Assembly: GCA_032718475.1 (NCBI GenBank)
Contig: JAUCBJ010006743.1
Span: 15,705 to 79,704 of the forward strand
Reading direction: 5' to 3'
From: Nemertoderma westbladi
Taxonomy: Eukaryota > Animalia > Xenacoelomorpha
DNA: 64,000 bases
The translations under genes and the position numbers were made by a program. Shown here piece by piece: positions 1 through 9,355 of this stretch (position 1 is the stretch's first letter; the number at the start of each line of letters is the position of its first letter). The notes beneath the pieces are model-generated. The model did not search any database. It worked only from the letters and a program-made list of their open reading frames with translations, and had not been told where the DNA came from.

Positions 1-1425
1 AGGGACTCTCACCTCTCCTGCAGAGAGCGATAAATCACTATAGCTCCTGGAATCGGCTTTGTAAGGCCGTCGGGTATTTGAAGCGATGCTACCCAAGGAG
101 GTGAGGTCTCTATAGGGGTGGCATCAACAGGCGGTGGCGGACTCGTGAGGGTCTGGGGGCACGTTAAATCGCTTCTATAGTGCAAGGGAGTTACTGAAGG
201 CCCTCGTGTCTAGCGAACCATGAATCAACATGGTGCCGTGGTACCGTCTAGTCGGCCTGTTGCCGTACTGCTAGTCCTGTACACAGTAGGGGTGGTGGAT
301 TAGTGTGATCTGTGGTTTATGTGGTGAATGTGGTAGGTCTATGTTTGGTATGTATGAGTTGACCAGACTCTTTACTGTCTCCAATCGGCTGCTGAAACGT
401 GTCTTTTCCCAGGGTAGCACTATTGGAATGGAGGTGTTGCATCGGAATGGGCAGGATTCTGATGATTCTGTTGGTACTACTATTGGAATGGAGGTAGCAC
501 CCGGAATATCTGCTGCAAGGAGGGGTTGGTGTTGTAGTGTGGTCCGAGTGAATGATACTCTGGAATCTGCGGTTTGTATGTGGACGATCAGTGGCAGTTT
601 GCTTGAGCTTTCTGTTGCTGTGGGTACGTGGTATACGTGAGTGTATGTATGGCCACTGTGAGTGAGTATGGGAACCCTTGCCGGTTGGTCCAGACGCCGC
701 TGGTATTAGTAGGACAATATCTTTACTGCACCCCAGCATACTTTGTGCACACAAAGTTATTTTGCCCTGACGACAAAATAAGGTACTCTCGACTCTTTGA
801 TCAGTCGATACAATTTTGTCCCCTCTGATTTTGTGACCGATTCGTCTTTCCCGATTATGTCCTCTGTGTGTGCATGGTATGTGTCCAATTTTGTGTTTAC
901 CATTGTATACTTGATTTGTGAACATCAGTTGAGTACACGTGTACAGTGACTAGTAAGTGGTTACTTGTTCCTAGCTTTCGAGCTAGTCAGTATTGTTTGC
1001 GGAACCAACTTCCCCTCAATACTGCCGGCGAGGCGGGTGAAAACGTGTCAATATTCCATGTTGGGTAGCGCAAGCCCACTTGGAACAAGACCATCGGTTT
1101 GGCTCAAGGGCGACCTTGATGCTCGATCGACTATCCACTGGTCGACTGGATGCTATCGACTGGTCTACCCGCCGGTTGACTCTCTGAGTTGGCTCAATGT
1201 ACAGTCAGGCCACAGTAAGTTGACAGTAGCCGACCATCTGGCTACACCAACGAGCTGTGCCGGTGTGATCGGGGGATTGAAAATTGAACCCTGGAAGCAT
1301 CGGGCTACCCTCCGGCCCGGTCTGATAAAAACGGAGTCAGACCAGCCCCAATGGTGGTGGGACAGCGTCTGCCTTGTGGGTGCGCCTCGGGGAGGAGCCC
1401 AGAAGGACGCAAGTGTCCATCATCA
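1..1425 (-). mobile_element. Probable 5' end of a minus-strand LTR retrotransposon inserted into BEL element #1 (putative 5' LTR ~1059-1425, then PBS-like TGG and degraded internal sequence running out of the window)
   Basis: On the minus strand the segment reads TGATG...CCAACA and is followed directly by TGGAATATTGAC. The BEL integrase-like reading frame only becomes recognisable after ~1425. No second LTR is visible in the window, so boundaries are inferred. Confidence 0.45.
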
Positions 1426-2979
1426 CTACTCCAGGATGAAGATCGCTAGTGATACTCCTCCACTGAAATCTGCGCAGGTCCATGCTATTAAAGATCTTCC
1501 CAAATACAAGGTATCGGAGCGATTTCTGACGGAGAAGATCAGTTACCAGGAGCATGAAGAAACCAATAAGAAGATACTGAGACTCCTACAATGCTATGAA
1601 GATTCCGATAAGTATTTCCTGTTGTTGAGAAATCCACAGATGCGCTTAAGGGATCGCTTCTCTAGCACAATGATAGATGGGTTAATACGTGTTGGAGGGA
1701 GACTAATTAATGCTCCATTATCCTTTGACACTAAATTTCCCATACTCATTAGAAATCTTGAAATACAAATCAAGATGATTGTAGCTGTTCACAGTAGGCT
1801 TTACCATGCTGGTAGAGAACGAGTTCTTAGCGAAATTCGAACTCGCTATTATTTTCATAAACCCCGTAGAGCTCTGAACCAAGTTCTTAGGAACTGTATA
1901 CCCTGTAGGAAAGCATTCAGTAGGCCATTAACACAGCGAGAGGCAGAATTACCTAGGGAACGAGTAAGCTTCTATAAACCACCCTTTACTAATACCGGTG
2001 TGGATTTATTTGGCCCTATTGAAGTATATCGTGCTAGGACTATAGTCAAGCGATGGTGTGTCATCTTTGTCTGTATGACTTGTAGAGCGATCCGTCTAGA
2101 TATCAACAGCTTCATATTTACGCCATGTACTTCATGTTTACGCCGACAGATTGCTCGCTTTGGAACTAGCAACACGATGAGATCTGATAAGGGAACGAAC
2201 TTCATTGGCGCCAATAATGAGATCAAGGCTTACGTTAAAGATTGGAACCAAAGACAGCTGGACGATCAGCTAAGGGTAACAGCATCTAGCTGGTTTTTCT
2301 AGCTAGAGGAAGTTGGGAGAGATTAATAAGAAGCGTGAAGACCGCATTTCACTTTATAGTGCCGTGCCGCGCGTATCTCACCGACGAACTTTTGCGGACG
2401 TTAATGGAAGAAATCGCCGCCTATCTTAACGAGAGACCGCTTATGCCAGTCTCATCAAGTCCCGACTCCCTGGAAGAGCTAACACCCGCGCACTTCCTAC
2501 TGAAGAAACCTGTAGCCATGCTACCACGATCGGAAATCACGGACGGAGATGAATACTGCCGACAAACTTGGCAACTTATGCAGTTGTTATCCCGTCGTTT
2601 TGCTGACCATTTCGAAAAACATTATCTGCCTACACTACAACTTCGAACCAAGTGGTTTGCGCAGCAAGAAAACGTCAGCGCTGGAGACATGGTTCTTATT
2701 GTGGAATCAGATCTTCCACGTAGACGGTGGCAGACAGGTCGTATCATCGAGACTCATATCTCCGATGATGGTTTAGTGCGATCTGTAGAACTCGTTGTCA
2801 TGCGACGTAACTTTAAGAAACCTGGAATTGTATTCGAAACGCAGCAGCTCAATCGCCCAGTTGGTCGTTTATGTTTACTGGAAAGAGACAGAGAACTATC
2901 TGGAAACTATGGAAGGCAAGATACTCTTCCCACGACCACCTCCCTAATCCTGCAAACATTTAGGGACTCCCCAACGTAG
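1426..2979 (+). pseudogene. BEL/Pao pol 3' part (integrase and C-terminal DUF5641-like region), disrupted
   Basis: Motifs GLIRVGGRL, H..H/C..C zinc finger (HSRLYHAG...CIPC), TGVDLFGP, SDKGTNF, LNERPL, LTPAHFL, YLPTLQLRTKW, DGLVRSV. A stop at 2300-2302 plus a frameshift/deletion removes part of the segment before WERLIRSV. Confidence 0.93.
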
Positions 2980-3499
2980 AGTTTGGAGTGGGTGTGTGAC
3001 TATATTATTTTATATTTGTTTTTATTATTTTTATATTTATGTATGTACTATTATGTAATTTTATAATAATCGTTTTCTTTAATTTTTTGTAGTAGAATGT
3101 TATTTTAGCGATTATTTAGTAGAATTAGTGCCATATATATTCGCGTTTATTACTTAATTACTTATATTATATATTTAGTGTAACGGCGAGAAATGATTCT
3201 TTTTCTCTTTCCTTACTGTCCGTATCATATTATAAATGCGTGACTACAGTAAGATGAAGTATCCATACTTATTAAAGTACAATAAAGCTCCTACTATACT
3301 CAAGTATTATTGGTAAGTAGAGTATTAGGAATGCAAAGTTCAGATCCTCGTGTCTCGGCTAAACCAAGCTCTGGGTAGACCTTGGAAACGACTTGCCTCT
3401 TCTCACTGACATTGCTTCTTGCAATATTGCTCTCATACCGTATATTAAATAATACATATAGTAGCGTGATGTCCCTTTAACAGTAGCGTAAAAACGCAA

Positions 3500-3910
3500 A
3501 ATAGATCTGTTAAACCCTTTGACCATCTGTAATTCTAGTCGATTAAGATATCGCGGCACCCACCGATATACTTGAAAGACAAAATTCTAGAATCAGTGGT
3601 TAACGTCCCCAGACAAGTTCTGGAATAATTCGGTGCCCATCTTAAATATTAATTATTTAATATTTATAAAAATCTATTAAAACAAATGTTATAATAGAGT
3701 AAATACATACAAATAAACTCTAAAGAGTTTGTAAACCAGGAAGATCTAGAAATCCAAAATCTGTTAAAATTCCAATCCTTTAAAATTCTAGTCGATTAAG
3801 ATATCATAGTACTTACCGATACTCTTAAAAAGACAAATTTCCTAGAATTAAGGATCCCAGTCCCCAGTCATGCTCTGGAATAAAATTGTGTCTATTTTAA
3901 TATTAAATAA
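3500..3910 (+). repeat. Diverged direct duplication (period ~253 bp) in the pol-ORF2 spacer of BEL #1
   Basis: AATTCTAGTCGATTAAGATATC...AAAGACAAA...GTCCCCAG...TCTGGAATAA occurs from 3531 and again from 3784. Confidence 0.75.
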
Positions 3911-4507
3911 TAAAATTTACGGGAATAAATTAAATTCATATCCTCTCATGAATTTGATAAATTGTCATTTTATACAATTTATAACATTCCCAAAATTCCA
4001 TTAATTAATAGATCATGGGAGCGGAGATTCACCCTATTAAGTATATTAGCGTGAGAGAATCTCCAAAATATAGTCAATAGCCGATAAAATTCATAAAATC
4101 ATATATAAAGGGGAATATTGACAATTAAAGAATTACTATTGAATAGCATCCCAGATCGGTATGCATGAGAATTACCCTAATTCTACTGCTAGCTTTCCAT
4201 AATGTCACCATAGCAACAACCACGCTAGAATTAGAAGCGAGTTAAAAGAACAATAGAAAGCTTGCCCCATTGAATAGCATACGGAATAAATAGCATACTG
4301 CTAGTATCCATCCAAGGATACATAATAATAACGTGGCATTCTGGAAGGCACTTGACTAACGGACAAATGGCCCGAATGTGTTCAATTTGAGACAGTTGTG
4401 TGGAATTTGTGCGTTTATAGGTGAATGTTGCTACTAAAGTGTGTTTACAGTAGCTAGTCGCAGTTGTGAAAGTAGCCCTACCTCTACAGTAAGAACCTGA
4501 ACTAAAT

Positions 4508-4670
4508 CTAAGCCCTTGGGACGGACAGTGGAGTGACTCACGCTGGTTATTGTTGTCGTTGTGTAGCTACTATGTTGGCGATAGGCACCGCGACAACAGT
4601 ACATCGGCGCTGAGGATCTTGCGCTGTCCGGGGCAGTGAGGGGAAGGCAGCAACGCCCACTAGCCTAATT
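4508..4670 (+). ncRNA. Conserved structured cis-RNA element (candidate IRES-like), copy 1
   Basis: Homologous to the reverse complement of 63241-63401, with compensatory changes in the stems. Ends ~40 nt before the ATG at 4709. Function is inferred. Confidence 0.7.
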
Positions 4671-4708
4671 AAAATTAATTATAATATTGATAAACTCATA
4701 TAGCAGCT

Positions 4709-7700
4709 ATGACTGAGTTGATAGAAGATGATCTTGGTATCAGGGAGCGATATACCTTACCGTTGCAAGCGTTTGTTGATAGCTTAATACACGGCGACGC
4801 TAGTCTAACTACTACGGAGGATGATGGCCGTTATATCGAACCGCCAATGTCCAAGGAACAACTCACGCGTGAATTGGACTATAGAAAATTCACCGCTTGC
4901 TATACGCATTGTAATGGTACTTATATGGACTTCTTAACTACTGGTCATCCTATTGATTTACACGATACGGATGGTGTAGACACCGAAAGGGAAATGGTTC
5001 TATTTAAATATCATACCCAGCGGAGTCGGAACGACAAACCGAGAATCGAACATAAGAATTATATTCGAAACCGACTCGAAAGAGAAGACGTTGAAGAGCC
5101 GGATAAACGCAGCGACTTCAACGAATATCTGGAATTCTTGAGAGAAACATATCTCAATATTGCCAGTCAACAAAATCTAGAAACTCGATATCCTCAAGGT
5201 ATACATCATGACCCTATGATAGAATTCAAACGGCTCTATTTCACTATGATGTATCTTACCGTCGATCGACCGCTACCTGTTGTCCCAGATAGTTTCGAAC
5301 AGATGGAGGAATATTGTAAAACTGGAGAACGATCACCCGCGTTTCCCCTACAGGACGTGCGTCTTTGGTATTATTGCGATGAATGCCCTAGACCCAACCA
5401 ACAAACTGAAAGACATAAACACCCGTGGAGACGTTGCGCTAAACACAGTTTTACTCGCTATACTTACGGGAGTTTCGAGCAAAACTTGTTCAACGTATCA
5501 CCTACGCTCGCTCGACTCAAACGTTCCTTAAATAAACCCATGATCGGAGTTCCGGAATACTCGGTCAGGCCTCTTCATTCCCTAGTGAGACCCCAAACTC
5601 TTGATCCTAATAGTATCACGGATCCTCCCGAACTGTACTCACTGTTCAAAGATTTGGTGTTACCCGAACAATTAATCGGTGGCACCCCAGTAGTGGGCTC
5701 TCTAGATATTCGCCCATCGTACCTATCCGGATTGGGACGCGGACATCTAATATCGCCATTCAACCCATACAATCGTCTCAGTTTAACCCCGATACAACCC
5801 GTCACTGAAGTTGAGGAGGGCGTTGTACGAAATGCGTTAGACGCTATTTGGCAGAAGATCGGAAAGGGAACCTACGATTGTTTAGAGAAACGCCGATTGC
5901 AGCAACAAGTCCAAGCGGTGAAGGAGTTGGCCTTACCCCAGTTTGATCGAGAAATCCAGAACCTCGAGGAAGACATCGAACTTGTACGAACCTATTCTCT
6001 ACAAGAGTTTTTAGACAAACGCTTACAACGACAAGTGGAGGAAAATCAGCTCAAGGAGAAACACATCGAAATGGATGAGAGAGAAGTAGCAGCTTTAGCC
6101 CAACCAGAAGCTCAAATCCTTATGACTGATCTCTATTCCAAAACCATCATTCAACCCTCGATGGTTCCCCATTTCGGAGACAAACTCTTCGCAACGGTAC
6201 AACCCCAACCGGTTGATATCAACCTGAGATCTCAAGATCTTATTGCTGACGCTCCTATGTTACAGCGTCCGCCAATCGAGGCCGCTCGTGTCGACGGTAT
6301 ACTCGTTGAACCTCCGGACAATCGAGCGGATCTTGTCCGTCGTATGGTACACGAAGTCAACATACGCGCTAGACCTTTACCGAACTCGTTTTATGGGATC
6401 AAAGACCACCCTTATTATGTCAATCTAACACAATATTATATGGTAAAACCGGAAGATCCGACACATAGTCTAAAGTTTCTACCTCTAATAAATCCTCTCG
6501 ATCTTGTTGAACTCGAACAATTGCAGAAACATCTGGATCAGTTAGTGAAAGTAAACTCATTCAGAAAACCCTACAATGTTTCCAGAATAGAGAAGGATAT
6601 GACGCCTCCGTATAATCTCGATGGATTTATCAAAACTCGATTAGTCCATTGGAATCTCGGCGTATTATTCGAGGAAGAGAGAATACAAAGATATGGAGAT
6701 GTAGAGACGTATACTACACAGTATCTGAAGTATAGGGATCTCCCTAACGCTAGCGAATGCGCCACCTTGTGGCATCCGGTCGGGATGACCCTAGAGAACG
6801 CCACTAAAGAGTGGAACGAAACTCTTAACGTTATCGAAATGTATGGAGTTGTCACTTATGATAACAAAGGTAGTGTTCCGGTCGGAGAACTGGGAACTAC
6901 GCGCATGATACATATACGAGGACTAGCTGGTTCTACCCACGTGTTTACTCGAGCGTGTTTTGATGTGATTGATTATTCTTTTGAGACTCTCACCGAGATA
7001 CAAAAGAAACTCCGACATAGACAATTCGAACTCGCGCAGCGTTACGTCACGGATACTGAGCATAAACCGGCCATGGGTATAGATGGATCGATGTTACCCC
7101 AGCCAGTGCTTGAGATGTTGTTTATTGAAAGAATCCTTAAAATCGGCTCAGCTGTTTATGGAGATCTCCAAAACGACTTCAGGAACATGGAGAATATTCC
7201 ATATCCTTTCGTAGACACCCAGCTGATTGCTCCCTGGGCAGAAGGGCAAGGTTTCTTCCGAACTATGTATGCCAATACACCCAGCGGCATAAATAAAGTA
7301 CAACGAACCTCCATCGGACATCTTGCCTTCCAAGAATACGGATGGAATTTCAAAGTAGGAAACCCTATCAACTATCAACAAGTATATGGAGATCATTATT
7401 CTCGATTATACTTCGACGGACCATTGACCGCACCTGGCGTCGTGTATAGCTTCATGAGTAGACTTCATGAGGTTCCCCTTTGCCCCTCATTAGCTATATA
7501 CACTATCCTCGAGAACGCCGCACTTGCCGGTTGGATAGCTGATGAGTGCAGTCGTACTATACGCGCCTATCCCTTGATACTTGGAACCAAGCTCGCCAAG
7601 CTAGATGGACACAATAAATTCATCCGCTTCGAATGCTTTAGGCACTTTCTGACTCCATTCCGTAACGTTGATAGTCAGTTCAAGGACCGCGCTCTGACCA

Positions 7701-7927
7701 AGCTCAGCCTAAGAGACTCAGCTGCTGAGAAGTTAGACAGTGCTGGATTCACCATTTTCAAAGACGTGTGTATACAGAACTTACATTCCTCTGTTATACA
7801 AAGACCTCGAATCCCCACGGGTTATTCTATTGTGGAAGTTCAGACACTGGGTTTGCTTGAGGAGACAGCTACACCTATCTCCGCTATGCAATTGGAAGAC
7901 GAACCAAAATGCTTACAATCCGATTAG
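4709..7927 (+). CDS. Accessory ORF of BEL #1: 1072 aa, Cys/His cluster near the N-terminus, C-terminal DEDDy/WRN-like 3'-5' exonuclease-like domain; the frame continues past the TAG into a zinc-knuckle-like motif
   Basis: Exonuclease-like motifs VVTYDNKG, LPQPVLEML..ILKIGSAVYGD, FVDTQ, SIGHLA, AIYTILEN are collinear with those in ORF 9356-11890. The same frame continues to CRLCASQDH...C before the LTR at 8110 cuts it. Confidence 0.7.
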   Translation: MTELIEDDLGIRERYTLPLQAFVDSLIHGDASLTTTEDDGRYIEPPMSKEQLTRELDYRKFTACYTHCNGTYMDFLTTGHPIDLHDTDGVDTEREMVLFKYHTQRSRNDKPRIEHKNYIRNRLEREDVEEPDKRSDFNEYLEFLRETYLNIASQQNLETRYPQGIHHDPMIEFKRLYFTMMYLTVDRPLPVVPDSFEQMEEYCKTGERSPAFPLQDVRLWYYCDECPRPNQQTERHKHPWRRCAKHSFTRYTYGSFEQNLFNVSPTLARLKRSLNKPMIGVPEYSVRPLHSLVRPQTLDPNSITDPPELYSLFKDLVLPEQLIGGTPVVGSLDIRPSYLSGLGRGHLISPFNPYNRLSLTPIQPVTEVEEGVVRNALDAIWQKIGKGTYDCLEKRRLQQQVQAVKELALPQFDREIQNLEEDIELVRTYSLQEFLDKRLQRQVEENQLKEKHIEMDEREVAALAQPEAQILMTDLYSKTIIQPSMVPHFGDKLFATVQPQPVDINLRSQDLIADAPMLQRPPIEAARVDGILVEPPDNRADLVRRMVHEVNIRARPLPNSFYGIKDHPYYVNLTQYYMVKPEDPTHSLKFLPLINPLDLVELEQLQKHLDQLVKVNSFRKPYNVSRIEKDMTPPYNLDGFIKTRLVHWNLGVLFEEERIQRYGDVETYTTQYLKYRDLPNASECATLWHPVGMTLENATKEWNETLNVIEMYGVVTYDNKGSVPVGELGTTRMIHIRGLAGSTHVFTRACFDVIDYSFETLTEIQKKLRHRQFELAQRYVTDTEHKPAMGIDGSMLPQPVLEMLFIERILKIGSAVYGDLQNDFRNMENIPYPFVDTQLIAPWAEGQGFFRTMYANTPSGINKVQRTSIGHLAFQEYGWNFKVGNPINYQQVYGDHYSRLYFDGPLTAPGVVYSFMSRLHEVPLCPSLAIYTILENAALAGWIADECSRTIRAYPLILGTKLAKLDGHNKFIRFECFRHFLTPFRNVDSQFKDRALTKLSLRDSAAEKLDSAGFTIFKDVCIQNLHSSVIQRPRIPTGYSIVEVQTLGLLEETATPISAMQLEDEPKCLQSD

Positions 7928-8109
7928 ATTCAGCCCACAGCGCCCCGGAGCAGTGACAACGACTACGTTTTGGAATGGTATCAAGGTCCACAATGTCTTA
8001 CTGCGTATGATTATCGACATGCCAATTATGTCTCCAGGAAACGTTGTCGATTGTGCGCATCTCAAGACCATTTCACCCCGGTGGACTCCAACGTACCCTG
8101 CTCCTACTT

Positions 8110-8646
8110 TGTGACGGGATCCAGGAGGGATCCCGATTTATCCGATGTGGTATTTAGTCCACGCGTCCCCGCCGTGTATAAGAGTGAAATAAAGATAACT
8201 GAGTTCTGAAGTTCGGTGTATAATAAGAGGTTATAGGATATAGATATATTGTGAATGTGTACAAGGCGGGATACGGTAACTAAAGTCCCGTGATCCCCTA
8301 ACTAAACTAATTGGCTGTACCCTACGCTAGCACTGCTGCACTGAGATAACTGAATCACTGATTAATAGGTTATTGGTTATATTGCACGGTGGCCTTACTG
8401 CTACTCAATCGATGCCATTCCCCCCTCTGATTGGTTAATACCCTTGTTGGCGCCCCGTGGAGTATTCCCGTTCACTCCACCTGTTCTCTCTGGGTTAGGG
8501 GTTTGGCCCCTGACCCTCTATTGTGTGCTTCCTTCCCACTCTTATTGGGATGGCACGAGTTGGTTAATTGCCCAATCTCGTGGCTCCCAATATTGCTTAT
8601 CGGCTAATAACTTTATGGGGTGTTGGCGGGATTGAATAAGCTAACA
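8110..8646 (-). repeat. 3' LTR of BEL #2
   Basis: Plus-strand TGTGACGGGATCC...GAATAAGCTAACA, differing from 21817-22354 by about 4 substitutions and 1 indel by eye. Confidence 0.95.
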
Positions 8647-8684
8647 CTCCCCCCCATGCTATCTTCCCGGTAAGAAGATAGCAT
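8647..8684 (-). promoter_or_regulatory. Polypurine tract of BEL #2 preceded by a hairpin
   Basis: A minus-strand G-run+AG abuts the LTR start TGTTAG. Immediately upstream is the inverted repeat ATGCTATCTTC/GAAGATAGCAT. Confidence 0.85.
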
Positions 8685-9355
8685 CAACCAAAAAGTGCGC
8701 TACAATCCCGCTGGATCCCGATCTAGTATCGGGTGTGGGGTGGAATTCTTTTCTCTTGGAGCCGGCTTTCCAGGCCGCCCCCTATGGGTATGATAACGCT
8801 ACCCTGTGTGCCTGGCGTCTCATGTCGGGCCGATCGCGCTCACCTCTTCACGCGATTTTTGTTTCCCCAACACTTTCGCCCTACCTCCCCTCTACTCTCA
8901 CCCTAACTCTCTCATACCCCCGGACCTCCTCGTCCCTCACTCAGCCTCTTATTCTCCCCCCCCCCACACTAGAATTGCGCTCGCACTCTCTCCGCACTTC
9001 ACACTCTTATTCCGATTCTCAAGTCCACTTTGACTGTTTTATCTCTCCTGACGAACCTCCCCCCCCCTCTCGTGCCGCCGCACTCAAGAAGTGTGAAATT
9101 GTCAGTTGTCTCGTCCATAGTGCCATAGTCAATTGTCCCCCAGTCCCAGTAGCTAATTGAGAAAGGTTGTATGACTATAGTACTTACTCCAAACGTATGT
9201 ATTTTACTGCTAATCACTACGTACGTACATACGAATTGCACTTATATGGTTATTTGCAATAATTAAATTTATACTTAATAGTTCGTACGTTACATGCGGC
9301 GCCTTCCAGGCGCACCACGTCCCAGTCTCAGTCTCATTCCCTCGCCTCCGGGAAC

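Noticed and set aside
965-1425. N-terminal part of the 445-aa ORF as genuine Pol
   Set aside because: It has no Pol motifs and appears to be read-through across an inserted LTR-like sequence.
4508-4670. HDV-like ribozyme or dicistrovirus IGR IRES assignment for the shared motif
   Set aside because: It lacks the HDV L3/P1.1 (UCC..GG) arrangement. The codons after the putative 3' pseudoknot (CCU AAU UAA) hit a stop, so IGR-type non-AUG initiation does not fit.
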